Positions 36,875 through 46,386 of a stretch of DNA of 64,000 bases are shown here, one piece after another. Under the pieces are notes generated by a model. It was not told where the DNA came from, made no database searches, and worked only from the letters and a program-made list of their open reading frames with translations. Each line of letters starts with the position of its first letter. Positions within the stretch are counted from its first letter, which is position 1. A program made the position numbers and the translations under genes. Source of the DNA: Asticcacaulis sp. Lineage in GTDB: Bacteria; Pseudomonadota; Alphaproteobacteria; Caulobacterales; Caulobacteraceae. The stretch is from NCBI GenBank assembly GCA_047605545.1, contig JASGFL010000003.1, positions 14,755 through 78,754 of the forward strand, written 5' to 3'.

Positions 36875-38300
36875 CCGGCATATGTCACGACGTACATTAT
36901 TTGGCAGTGTGGCAGCGCTGGCGGCCCTGACGGCGATGCCGGTGACGGCAAGTGCACGCCCCCTGCCGCGCGTAACCCAACTCCCTGATGCAGGTGCAAA
37001 AGGTCTGCTGATCTGGGACGTGACGGGTCTGGGCTATATCGCCGAAGAATTCATGATTGAAGGCAAGGCCGATGTGCTTGAGTCCGTATCGATGGCCGAT
37101 GCCGTGGATATGTCCAAGCGTAATGGTCTTGAGGATTTTCTGCGCCGCGATTTCAACCGTACGGTTGTTGCCGAAGCCCGCCCCTATGCGACACGCGTGG
37201 TCGTCTATCGCCCGATAGACATGAGCCGATTCAGCGGCCGGATTTTGCTTGAGGTGCTGCACCCAAGCGGCGGCGGTCGGGCCAATGTCTGGCAACGTAC
37301 CTATGACCTGCTGGCGGATCGCGGCGACATCACCATCGGTATTCAGCCGCCATTCAACGTCAAGGAACTGCGCGAAGGCGATCCGGTACGTTATGGAAAG
37401 CTGCATGCCGAACACCCGACCCAGCTTTGGGATGTGGTGACGGATGTCGCACGTCTGACCAAGACCGTAGGTGAGGGCGGATTGCTGGGCGGGGCCGTGG
37501 CGCGGCATCAGGTGCTGGCCGGTTTCTCCTATACCGGTGTGGCCACGGCAAACTATGCCAATTTCCAGCATGACCGTGCCCGTCTGGCGGATGGCCGGCC
37601 ACTGATTGACGGCTATATGCCTATGGGTTCGGCGACCTTTGTGCGTCCATTGGATGTGCCGGTGATACGCATGACAACCCAGAGCGAATTTGACGGTATT
37701 CAGGGCATCCGCGCCCGTGTACCTGACAGCGATGACCCCAAGGGTCGGTGCCGTCTGTACGAAGTCGCCGGTGCGCCGCACTCGACCGTACCTTTGCCGG
37801 TCGGGGCCGCGCTTGCGCCCACCAAGACGGTGCCTGAGCCTGCCGGCCTGCCGCGTTTCTCGCCTGAAACCTGTCAGCAGGGATTTCCGGAAACATCCTA
37901 CCGCAATGACTTTCCGCTGCATCTGGTGATCGAAGGTATCTATGTGAATATCTTTGAGTGGATCGAAAACGGCGTCGTGCCGCCTCATGCGCCCCTCATT
38001 GAGGTGGACGCCGAGGGACGGACACTGGTGGACGAATTTGGCAATGCCAGGGGCGGTCTGAGGCTTCCGGAAGTGACCGTGCCGATTGCCACCTATGGCG
38101 TAGGCGCAAAGGGCCCCTGCGGTAATTTTGGTTACACCAAGCCCTTCACGATTGAGGAAAAGCGCCGCCTGTACGGCAACAAGGCGGCCTATGTCTCACG
38201 CGTGCGTCAGGCCTCCGAAACCTTGTTTACAGAACGTTTTGTGACGGCCAAAGGCAAGAACAGACTGATTGGTTTAGCGGCAGCGACTGAGGCATTTTAA
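36867..38300 (+). CDS. Tat-exported alpha/beta-hydrolase-domain protein
   Basis: Tat signal SRRTLF; TRVVVYRP...FSGRILLE, LAGFSYTG elbow, YEVAGAPH, DEFGNARGGLRLP, LYGNKAAY. Confidence 0.75.
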   Translation: MTNRHMSRRTLFGSVAALAALTAMPVTASARPLPRVTQLPDAGAKGLLIWDVTGLGYIAEEFMIEGKADVLESVSMADAVDMSKRNGLEDFLRRDFNRTVVAEARPYATRVVVYRPIDMSRFSGRILLEVLHPSGGGRANVWQRTYDLLADRGDITIGIQPPFNVKELREGDPVRYGKLHAEHPTQLWDVVTDVARLTKTVGEGGLLGGAVARHQVLAGFSYTGVATANYANFQHDRARLADGRPLIDGYMPMGSATFVRPLDVPVIRMTTQSEFDGIQGIRARVPDSDDPKGRCRLYEVAGAPHSTVPLPVGAALAPTKTVPEPAGLPRFSPETCQQGFPETSYRNDFPLHLVIEGIYVNIFEWIENGVVPPHAPLIEVDAEGRTLVDEFGNARGGLRLPEVTVPIATYGVGAKGPCGNFGYTKPFTIEEKRRLYGNKAAYVSRVRQASETLFTERFVTAKGKNRLIGLAAATEAF

Positions 38301-38800
38301 TGGGCGGATCAATAAAATCATCTGATGAGCCGGAACGCCCGCTGCACTGGGCGGCGAAGATTCCGCTGTTTCTGGGATCCGTGGCCATACTGGTGGCCAT
38401 GACGGCGGATTCGCTGGCGGTTGTGGGGCGTCATGCCAACATCCCTCTGCTTGGCACGGTTGAGATTGTGCAGCTTGCGGCCAGTATTGCCGGTGGTGCC
38501 ACTATTATCTGTGCCACGATTGCCGGTGCTCATGCCTCGATCCACGTGTTGACCGATCGGGTATCACCTGAGGTGCGGCACAGGTTGTTGACCTTTGCCC
38601 GCCTGATGACGGCCATCTTCTTCGTCGCCCTGACGATAGGTTGCGGCTGGTTGATGGTGGACATGCTGGGGCAGGGCGAGCGTACCGAACTGACGGGTAT
38701 GCCACTTATGCCGTTCCGTCTTTTGGCGACATTGGCGTTCGGGGCTACGGCCCTGTTGTATGTGATCGCGTTATTCAAACCTGAAAAGAGTAAGCAATGA
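38300..38800 (+). CDS. dctQ: TRAP transporter small permease
   Basis: Four transmembrane segments, DSLAVVGR...P..GTVEIVQ, AHASIHVL. Upstream of dctM. Confidence 0.85.
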   Translation: MGGSIKSSDEPERPLHWAAKIPLFLGSVAILVAMTADSLAVVGRHANIPLLGTVEIVQLAASIAGGATIICATIAGAHASIHVLTDRVSPEVRHRLLTFARLMTAIFFVALTIGCGWLMVDMLGQGERTELTGMPLMPFRLLATLAFGATALLYVIALFKPEKSKQ

Positions 38801-40098
38801 CCCCCGAAGTCGTTGGTATATTAGGCGTTATTGTCCTTCTGGCGTTGCTGACGACGGGTATTCCCATTGCTGCGGCGCTGGGGCTTGTTGGCTGTGTTGG
38901 TCTGGCCATTCTGATTTCACCCGAAGCCGCCCTCATCAAGTCGGGCGTGGTCGCGTGGGAAACCATTTCAAAATACGAACTGGCGGTGTTGCCGCTGTTC
39001 CTGTTGATGGCGCATCTGTGTTTTGCGGCGGGGGCCAGTAGGGACTTCTTTGATGCAGCCGCCAAGATGCTGGGGCATCGAAAAGGCGGTCTGGCTACGG
39101 CGTCGATTGCCGGTTGCGCCGGTTTTGGTACCATCAGTGGCTCCAGTCTGGCGACAGCGGCGACCATCGGGCTTGTGGCCCTGCCGGAGATGCGCAAGCG
39201 TAACTATTCGCCGGGTCTGGCGACCGGTGCGATTGCAGCGGGCGGTACGCTGGGGGCGCTTATCCCCCCAAGCGGTATGCTGATTGTCTATGGCATTATT
39301 GCCGAACAACCGATCAGCAAGCTGTTTGCGGCGGCGATTATTCCCGCAGCTACACAAGCACTCTTTTACATCATTACCGTGATGATCATGTGCCGTATCA
39401 AGCCGGAACTGGGGCCGGTGACGGAACGGTTCAGCTGGCGTGAACGCGGTCAGGCCCTGTGGCGGATCGTCGATCTGGTGGTGCTGATTGCTGTGGTTAT
39501 CGGTGGTCTGGCTATTGGCTGGTTTACACCGACCGAAGCGGCTTCAGTAGGGTGTGTGCTGGCGATGATCCTGTGTATCAAGCGCCGCGCCCTTAGCCTT
39601 AAGGTGCTTGGGGACTCACTGCGTGAGACCATGCGCACCTCCGGTCTGATCTATGCCATTATTGTGGGCGCGGTGATTTTCAGTAAGTTTCTGGGCACCA
39701 CAGGCGTAGCCGAGCAACTGACCAATGTGGTGCTGGATGCGCAGTTCGGGCCGATTGCGGCGGCGATATTTGTGGTGATCATTCTGCTGCTGCTGGGGTC
39801 TGTGCTGGATGGTATGGCGCTGATGCTGCTGACCGTGCCGATCTTCCTGCCGATGATGGAAGAACTGGGTATGAGCGCGATCTGGTTCGGGATTTTCGTC
39901 ATCCGCACGATTGAGGTCGGGCTGGTGCATCCGCCACTGGGGATGAACGTCTATGTCATCCAGAGTATCGCCAAGGATATCCCGCTTGGGACTATCTTTA
40001 AGGGTGTGTTGCCGTTCATCGCGGCGGACTTTGTTCACATTGCCCTCATCATTGCTGTACCGGCGATTGTGATGTGGCTGCCCGGTATTCTGTCATGA
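38797..40098 (+). CDS. dctM: TRAP transporter large permease
   Basis: LAVLPLFLLM, FGTISGSS, AAGGTLGALIPPS, GWFTPTEAAS, HPPLGMNVYV. Confidence 0.93.
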   Translation: MTPEVVGILGVIVLLALLTTGIPIAAALGLVGCVGLAILISPEAALIKSGVVAWETISKYELAVLPLFLLMAHLCFAAGASRDFFDAAAKMLGHRKGGLATASIAGCAGFGTISGSSLATAATIGLVALPEMRKRNYSPGLATGAIAAGGTLGALIPPSGMLIVYGIIAEQPISKLFAAAIIPAATQALFYIITVMIMCRIKPELGPVTERFSWRERGQALWRIVDLVVLIAVVIGGLAIGWFTPTEAASVGCVLAMILCIKRRALSLKVLGDSLRETMRTSGLIYAIIVGAVIFSKFLGTTGVAEQLTNVVLDAQFGPIAAAIFVVIILLLLGSVLDGMALMLLTVPIFLPMMEELGMSAIWFGIFVIRTIEVGLVHPPLGMNVYVIQSIAKDIPLGTIFKGVLPFIAADFVHIALIIAVPAIVMWLPGILS

Positions 40099-41246
40099 GC
40101 CTGAAACCTGACCTGAGATTTGTACAGAGACGTAACATGCGTAAACCTATGTGTCTGAACGCTGCCGTTTTGGCCGGTGCGGTATTGGCTTTGGTGATGT
40201 CCGTCAGTGCCTGTGCGCCAACGGCTCCGAAAACCGAAGCGGGCGAAGTGGTGCATGTTCTGCGCTATGCTTCGCCCTATACGCCGGGCCATCCTTTAAG
40301 TCAGGCGGACATGGCATGGATCGATTACATCCACACCGCCAGTAAAGGCCGTTTGAAGGTGGAGCCGTTGTGGGCGGGGGGGCTTATTTCTTCTGAGCAC
40401 AATATGATCGAGCTGCGTCATGGCGTGGCCGATATTGCCACCATTACGCCGATCTATGCCAAGGGCGGCACACATGCCATTCGGGTGCAGTCGGGCTTCT
40501 ATGGTGGTGAGCGGTCAATCGATCAGCAGGTTGCCGTCTATAAATGCCTGTCGACGCACTACCCGGAACTGAACCGTGAGATTGAAGGTCTGGAGCTTCT
40601 GGCGGTGCAGGGCGGGAACGTTCTGGGTCTGATTACGCGCGACCGCAAGGTGACGAAACTGTCTGACCTCAGGGGCCTGAGAATCCGCGTGCCGGCGGAA
40701 CTGGTGCCAACCATGCGCAAGCTGGGGGCCGATCCGCTGGATATGCCCATGTCGGATGTCTATTCGTCACTGGCCAAGGGCGTGATTGACGGTGTGGTGG
40801 CTCCGGCAGACACATTGCGCAGCCTGCACTTCGGTGAGGTCGCCCGCTATTTCAACGAACTGCACATCAGCCGCGGGGCCTATCCGGCCCGTGCCATGTC
40901 GCAAAAGAAATTCAACACCCTGCCCAAGGACCTTCAGGACTTGCTGCGCAACAGCCAGTCCGTCTGGGAAGAGGCGATCAAGGACAAGATGACCGCCGCC
41001 CAGACAAGCGGCGCAGACTATGCCCGTGAACAGGGCATGGAGTTCTTACCCTTTGATGCAGCAGAACAAATCCGCTTTGATGGCCTGTATAACGAGCAGG
41101 CGGCAGAGACGGCGCGTCTGGCGCAGAGTGATCATCTGAATGCGGAAGGAATGTTTACCCTTGCGCAGCGCGTGGTTAAACTGTTGAACTCTGAGCAGGG
41201 CCAAAACATCGGATATGACACCGCAAGCGTCTGTCCGAAAGCCTGA
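40095..41246 (+). CDS. dctP: TRAP substrate-binding protein (DctP family), probable lipoprotein
   Basis: Lipobox VSAC, SKGRLKVE, DLRGLRIRVP (carboxylate-binding Arg), DVYSSLAKGVIDG. An alternative start lies at 40137. Confidence 0.88.
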   Translation: MSLKPDLRFVQRRNMRKPMCLNAAVLAGAVLALVMSVSACAPTAPKTEAGEVVHVLRYASPYTPGHPLSQADMAWIDYIHTASKGRLKVEPLWAGGLISSEHNMIELRHGVADIATITPIYAKGGTHAIRVQSGFYGGERSIDQQVAVYKCLSTHYPELNREIEGLELLAVQGGNVLGLITRDRKVTKLSDLRGLRIRVPAELVPTMRKLGADPLDMPMSDVYSSLAKGVIDGVVAPADTLRSLHFGEVARYFNELHISRGAYPARAMSQKKFNTLPKDLQDLLRNSQSVWEEAIKDKMTAAQTSGADYAREQGMEFLPFDAAEQIRFDGLYNEQAAETARLAQSDHLNAEGMFTLAQRVVKLLNSEQGQNIGYDTASVCPKA

Positions 41247-41248
41247 AT

Positions 41249-41785
41249 ATGTCAACCAGCACACGGTCAATCATGAGTGTACGCCAAACGCCGCCCGAGC
41301 CTGAACTATTGTCGGAAAATCTGAATGACTCAGATATCGGGCTGGGGCGCCTCAGTGGCTTTATCGGTTTCCGCTTTCGCCGGATTCAGAACTATCTGTC
41401 GCGGCAGTTTGCGGGGCTTACGCAGGAATATGGCCTGCGCTCAGGTGCCCTAAGCTCGCTGGCGATCATTGAGGAAAATCCGGGTATTTCTCAGGCGGTG
41501 CTGGCCAAGGCCATCGGCATGGATGCCACGGCTGCGGTGGCTCTTCTGGAGGAACTGGGGCGCAAGGGCTGGATCGAACGTCGCCGTACCGAACAGGATC
41601 GTCGCCGCTATGCCATTTTCCTTAGCGACAAGGGGCAGGCGGTGCTGAACCACCTGCTTGAGGTGCTGAGCGGGACAGAGGATGAGGCCCTCAGGGTGCT
41701 GAGTGTGCATGAACTTCTGGTGCTTAATCGGGCGCTGGAAAAAATCTATGACCATTGCTTTCACGGCGACAGCGCCGACGGCTAG
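41249..41785 (+). CDS. MarR-family regulator (last gene of the island)
   Basis: IGFRFRRIQ, IEENPGISQAVLA, GWIERRRTEQDRRRYAIFLSDKG. Confidence 0.88.
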   Translation: MSTSTRSIMSVRQTPPEPELLSENLNDSDIGLGRLSGFIGFRFRRIQNYLSRQFAGLTQEYGLRSGALSSLAIIEENPGISQAVLAKAIGMDATAAVALLEELGRKGWIERRRTEQDRRRYAIFLSDKGQAVLNHLLEVLSGTEDEALRVLSVHELLVLNRALEKIYDHCFHGDSADG

Positions 41786-41891
41786 GCGCGACGAAGCCTG
41801 AAGACGCAGGAAAAGACTTTACGTGTGCAGGCGGGCCTTTTAACCTGTAAGGCCTGTTATCATTGCGCCTGCTACACAAAGACGTCTGCCC

Positions 41892-42863
41892 TTGTCCCTC
41901 ATACAGCTAAAAAACGTCCGTAAGACTTTTGCGGTCAAAGGCGGTCATCAGACCGCGCTTGATGGTGTGGATATTGACATCAGACGCGGCGAAATCTTTG
42001 GCATTATCGGGCCGTCAGGTTCGGGTAAGTCAACCCTGATCCGGTTGATCAACCGGCTTGAGACCCCCACCGAAGGCACGGTCGAGATTGATGGCGTACC
42101 GCTTGCTAATCTGGGGGCGAAAGCCCTGTCGAAGCTGCGTCACCGACTGGGGATGATCTTTCAGCAGTTCGGCCTGTTGTCGTCAAAAACCGCGCGTCAG
42201 AACGTAGCCTTTGCGCTTGAACTGGCGGGGCAGGGCACGCCTCAGTCACGACGGGCCTTGGCGGATGAGTGGCTTGAGCGCGTGGGTTTAAGCTTACATG
42301 CCGATAAGTATCCGGCGCAGCTTTCCGGCGGCCAGAAACAACGCGTGGCCATTGCCCGCGCCCTGATTAATCAGCCGGATATATTGCTCTGTGACGAGGC
42401 GACCAGCGCCCTTGATCCGCAATCGACCCAAGGGATTCTCGATCTGATCCTTGAGTTAAACCGCGAACTGGGGCTGACGGTTGTCGTGGTAACGCACGAA
42501 ATGGAAGTGGTGCGTCAGGTCTGTGATCGCGTGGCGGTGCTGGAAAAGGGCAAGGTTGTGGAAACCGGTGAGGTGGCGCAGGTGCTGCTGACGCCCCATA
42601 GTCAGGCGGCACAAGGTTTGTCAGATGCGTTGAATCCGCCACCGTCGGACAGGGCGGATCTGGTGCGTCTCACCTGGAGTGGGGAGGACCCGCTAAGTGA
42701 GGCCTTGTCGGGCCTTGAGGCGCGTGTGCGATTGCAGTCAGGCCAGATATCGGCGCTGAAATCCGGCCCGTTCGGTGATGTCTGGGTGGCCATTGATGGT
42801 GTCGATCGTGATGTCGCCATAGGGCGGCTCAGAACCATCGGCGTGCAGGTGCGGGGGCTGTGA
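41892..42863 (+). CDS. metN: Methionine ABC transporter ATP-binding protein
   Basis: Walker [50 protein letters not shown] start. Confidence 0.92.
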   Translation: MSLIQLKNVRKTFAVKGGHQTALDGVDIDIRRGEIFGIIGPSGSGKSTLIRLINRLETPTEGTVEIDGVPLANLGAKALSKLRHRLGMIFQQFGLLSSKTARQNVAFALELAGQGTPQSRRALADEWLERVGLSLHADKYPAQLSGGQKQRVAIARALINQPDILLCDEATSALDPQSTQGILDLILELNRELGLTVVVVTHEMEVVRQVCDRVAVLEKGKVVETGEVAQVLLTPHSQAAQGLSDALNPPPSDRADLVRLTWSGEDPLSEALSGLEARVRLQSGQISALKSGPFGDVWVAIDGVDRDVAIGRLRTIGVQVRGL

Positions 42864-43537
42864 TGACCGGATTAAGCAGTTTCTTTGTCAATATCGATAC
42901 CGCCGAAATCCTCAGGGCCTCCTGGGAAACCCTGGGCATGCTGGCGGGGTCATTGTCCTTGAGCATACTGATCGGCTTGCCCGTCGGCGTGTGGTTGTCC
43001 GTGACCGGACGCGGGGGGCTGTCGCCTCAGCCGGTCGTCTATGGGGCATTGAGCTTTATCGTCAATGTCATGCGTTCAGTGCCGTTTGTCATTCTGTTTA
43101 TCCTGTTGATTCCGGTGACGATTGCATTGGTGGGGACATCGTTGGGCGTGCGTGGGGCGATCCCGCCGCTGGTGCTTGGGGCCGCACCGTTTTTTGCGCG
43201 TCTGGTCGAAAGCGCCCTGCGTGAAGTGGATCGCTCGGTTATCGAAGCCACGCAAGCCTTAGGGGCGACACGGCGTCAGATTATCCTGCGTACCCTTCTG
43301 CCCGAAGCCCTGCCGTCACTGATTGCGGCCGCAACCGTTACGGCGATTGCGCTGGTGTCCTATACGGCCATGGCCGGTGTCGTGGGGGCCGGTGGGCTTG
43401 GGGATCTGGCGGTGCGCTACGGCTATCAGCGCTTCCAGACGGATGTTATGCTGGTGACGGTTGTGTTGATTATACTGCTGGTGCAGGGGCTGCAAATGGC
43501 CGGTGATGCGCTGGTGGCGCGGTTTTCGCGCAAATAG
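42860..43537 (+). CDS. metI: Methionine ABC transporter permease
   Basis: NVMRSVPFVIL, APFFARLVE, TAMAGVVGAGGLGDLAVRYGYQRF. Confidence 0.95.
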   Translation: MMTGLSSFFVNIDTAEILRASWETLGMLAGSLSLSILIGLPVGVWLSVTGRGGLSPQPVVYGALSFIVNVMRSVPFVILFILLIPVTIALVGTSLGVRGAIPPLVLGAAPFFARLVESALREVDRSVIEATQALGATRRQIILRTLLPEALPSLIAAATVTAIALVSYTAMAGVVGAGGLGDLAVRYGYQRFQTDVMLVTVVLIILLVQGLQMAGDALVARFSRK

Positions 43538-43550
43538 AAAGAGGTTGAAT

Positions 43551-44345
43551 ATGCTGTCACGTCGTTTGATGCTTATGGCGGGTCTGGTGGCGGTTTTGGC
43601 GGGTTGTGGTAAGCCACAAACCGATAAAAATACCCTGACGGTCGCGGCGACGGCTATTCCGCATGCCGAGATTTTACAGCAGATTGTGCCTGATCTGGCG
43701 GCGCAGGGCATCACGCTTGAGGTCAAGGTGTTCAATGACTATGTTCAGCCAAATCTTCAGGTTGATCAGGGACTTATTGACGCCAACTATTTCCAGCATC
43801 TGCCTTATCTCGAAAGTTTTAATCGCGACCATGGCACCAAACTGATGGCGCTTCAGGGGGTGCATATTGAACCCTTCGGTGGCTATTCGCGTAAGGTGAA
43901 AGCTATTTCTGACCTTAAGCAAGGAGCCGTGATCGCAATTCCCAACGATCCGTCCAATGCCGGTCGTGCCCTGATATTGCTGCACCATTCGGGCCTGATT
44001 AAGCTGAAGGACGCAGGCAATATTAATGCGACCGTCAAGGATATTACCGAGAACCCAAAAGGGTTTGTTATCCGCGAGTTAGAGTCGCCGTCCCTGCCGC
44101 GTGTACTGCCTGAGGTCGATCTGGCGCTGATCAACACTAACTATGCGCTGGATGCAGGCCTTGATCCGCAAAAGGATGCGCTGATCATCGAAGGCTCGGA
44201 CAGCCCCTATGTCAATTATCTGGTGATCCGCGAAGATCGTGCCGAAGATGCGCGGCTTAAGGCGCTGGCGGCGGCATTGGCCTCTCAGAAGGTCAAGGAT
44301 TTCATTGCCGAGAAATACAAAGGCGCTGTGTTGCCCGCGTTTTGA
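43551..44345 (+). CDS. metQ: Methionine ABC transporter substrate-binding lipoprotein (MetQ/NlpA)
   Basis: Lipobox LAGC, PHAEIL, FNDYVQPN, DANYFQHLPYL, IPNDPSNAGRAL, INTNYA. Confidence 0.95.
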   Translation: MLSRRLMLMAGLVAVLAGCGKPQTDKNTLTVAATAIPHAEILQQIVPDLAAQGITLEVKVFNDYVQPNLQVDQGLIDANYFQHLPYLESFNRDHGTKLMALQGVHIEPFGGYSRKVKAISDLKQGAVIAIPNDPSNAGRALILLHHSGLIKLKDAGNINATVKDITENPKGFVIRELESPSLPRVLPEVDLALINTNYALDAGLDPQKDALIIEGSDSPYVNYLVIREDRAEDARLKALAAALASQKVKDFIAEKYKGAVLPAF

Positions 44346-44354
44346 TCGGGTGTC

Positions 44355-44392
44355 TTGACATGGACGGTCTGCAACATTATGAACATTGTTCA
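44355..44392 (+). promoter_or_regulatory. Promoter with palindromic operator upstream of the KAS III-like operon
   Basis: TTGACA at 44355-44360; perfect inverted repeat TGAACA-T-TGTTCA at 44380-44392. Confidence 0.55.
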
Positions 44393-44416
44393 ATATTTTG
44401 TTGAAGGCGCGTATCC

Positions 44417-45415
44417 ATGTCTGAGCCTGTGGGTTTAAAGATTGTCGGCAGTGGTATTTACCGTCCGCGTGAGGCCCGAAATTCCTCTGTGTTTGACAGC
44501 ACTTACGGTCAGGCGGCGGGCTGGACTCAAGGCCGCTTTGGAATTGCCTCGCGCGCTGTCGCCGATGAGACAGAAACCACGTCGGTCATGGCGGCGATGG
44601 CCTGTCGGCAGGCATTGGCCGAGGCCGGTTGGGATGCTGATTTTGATGTGCTGATCGGTGGTTGCGCGGTGATGGAGCAGCCGATTCCGGGGACATCGGT
44701 TCTGGTGTCGCATGAATTGGGTTTGGGTAAGTCCGGCATCCATTGTTTTGACGTCAACATGACCTGTCTTTCGTTTCTGACGGCGCTGGATGTGGTTAGT
44801 CTGGGGTTTCGGGCAGGGCGCTGGCGGCGGGCATTGATTTTCGCCAGCGATATTGCATCGGCAGGTCTGGATTATCAGCATCCTGAAATGTCTGCTATTT
44901 TTGGCGACGGTGCGGCGGCGATCTGTGTTGAGGCCGGTGATAGTGACGGGCCTGCTGTATTATCCGCAGGGTTCAAAACCTTCAGTGCGGGTAAGGATTT
45001 GGGGCATTTGAAATCGGGCGGTACCCGCGTGCGTATTGCCGATGGTTTTGAGGCCTTAAAGACCGGTTCAAGGTTCCATATGGATGCTTTTGGCATCTTC
45101 AAAGCGGCCGGAAAACACATGCCGGCGCTGATGAAGCAGGTGGCTGGCGAAGCGGGGCTGGAATTGGGTGAAATTGACCTGTTTATCCCGCATCAGGCCA
45201 GTCATCCGGCGCTGGAATATGTGCGTCATGTCATCGGTGAGCGGCCTGAGCGGGTAGTGGATATTTTTGCGACCTATGGCAACCAGATTGCGGCCTCTTT
45301 GCCAACGGCGTTATGTGTGGCGCGGGCCGAAGGGCGGCTTAAGGCCGGTCAGCCGGTGATGTTATTAGGTACATCGGCAGGCGTCAGCTTAGGGGTTATG
45401 GTGCTGCGATGCTGA
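44417..45415 (+). CDS. 3-oxoacyl-ACP synthase III-like (FabH/OleA superfamily) condensing enzyme
   Basis: Catalytic Cys-His-Asn triad in FDVNMTCLSF, FIPHQAS and YGNQIAAS; also FGDGAAA and GTSAG. Confidence 0.9.
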   Translation: MSEPVGLKIVGSGIYRPREARNSSVFDSTYGQAAGWTQGRFGIASRAVADETETTSVMAAMACRQALAEAGWDADFDVLIGGCAVMEQPIPGTSVLVSHELGLGKSGIHCFDVNMTCLSFLTALDVVSLGFRAGRWRRALIFASDIASAGLDYQHPEMSAIFGDGAAAICVEAGDSDGPAVLSAGFKTFSAGKDLGHLKSGGTRVRIADGFEALKTGSRFHMDAFGIFKAAGKHMPALMKQVAGEAGLELGEIDLFIPHQASHPALEYVRHVIGERPERVVDIFATYGNQIAASLPTALCVARAEGRLKAGQPVMLLGTSAGVSLGVMVLRC

Positions 45416-46386
45416 GGCCGGTTCTGGTTACGGGTGCCAGCGGCGGGTTGGGGGCCGCTGTGTGCGAAGCACTGATCGGGCGGGGATACAGGGTGCGTGC
45501 CACGGGGCGCAAGGCATCGGCGCGGGTTGAGGGTCTGGGGTGTGATTATGTGTCCGCTGACCTGACAGATGCGGGGGTATTAGCGGCCCTGACCGAAGGG
45601 ACACAAGGCGTGATCCATTGCGCTGCCCTGTCGTCACCGTGGGATCTTTATGCGGATTTTTATGACATCAATGTGCGGGCGACGCGTAACCTTTTGAATG
45701 CTGCCAGAGATGCACGTGTGCGCCGCTTTGTCTTTGTGTCTTCGCCTTCGGTCTATGGCCGGCCGGTGGATCAGTTGGGGCTGAGTGAGGCCGATCCGGT
45801 CACAGATCATCCGTTAAATGCCTATGCGGCGACCAAAATTCTGGCGGAAACCGAGGTGTGTCTGGCGGCGGCCAATGGTCTGGCGGCCCTGAGCGTCCGT
45901 CCACGCGCTTTGGTGGGGCCTGAGGATCAGGTATTATTGCCGCGAGTGTTGCGCTTGCTTGCGAAGGGGCGGTTTCCTTTGTGGCGCGGGGGGCAGGCGC
46001 TGATTGAGCTGACGGATGTGCGCGACGTGGCGCAGGCTTTGGTGAGCGCGTTTGAACGGGCCGAAGCCCTGTCGGGTGAGGTGATCAATATATCCGGTGG
46101 TCAGGCCGTGCCTGTGCGCGATATGGTGCAGACCCTTGCTGACGGTATTGGTGCGCCGGTGCAGTTTGTCCGCCTGCCCTATGGTTTGACGGCGTCAGTG
46201 GCGCGGGCGGCGGAGGTGATTTGCGGGCGCTTGCCATCGCGACCAGAGCCGCCGGTGACGCCCTATTCATTGGCAACACTGGCTTTCTCGCAGACCTTTG
46301 ATCTTAGTAAGGCGAGGCGGGTTCTGGATTACAAACCCCAATATGACGCCTTGAAAACGGCGGTGGAGGTGGCGCGTGGGCGATAG
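45409..46386 (+). CDS. Extended SDR (3-beta-HSD/NAD-dependent epimerase-dehydratase family)
   Basis: TGASGGLG, VIHCAALSSPW, FVSSPSVY, YAATK, RPRALVGP. Confidence 0.9.
   Translation: MLRPVLVTGASGGLGAAVCEALIGRGYRVRATGRKASARVEGLGCDYVSADLTDAGVLAALTEGTQGVIHCAALSSPWDLYADFYDINVRATRNLLNAARDARVRRFVFVSSPSVYGRPVDQLGLSEADPVTDHPLNAYAATKILAETEVCLAAANGLAALSVRPRALVGPEDQVLLPRVLRLLAKGRFPLWRGGQALIELTDVRDVAQALVSAFERAEALSGEVINISGGQAVPVRDMVQTLADGIGAPVQFVRLPYGLTASVARAAEVICGRLPSRPEPPVTPYSLATLAFSQTFDLSKARRVLDYKPQYDALKTAVEVARGR

Noticed and set aside
36897-37988. 363-aa minus-strand ORF
   Set aside because: Antisense to the Tat hydrolase; no motifs.
41826-41915. Possible SAM-II riboswitch before metN (TTTAACC...ATTGC...GCTAAAAA)
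   Set aside because: The GCTAAAAA element lies inside the metN coding sequence (Q-L-K-N), its spacing is far from the SAM-II consensus, and no Shine-Dalgarno follows it.
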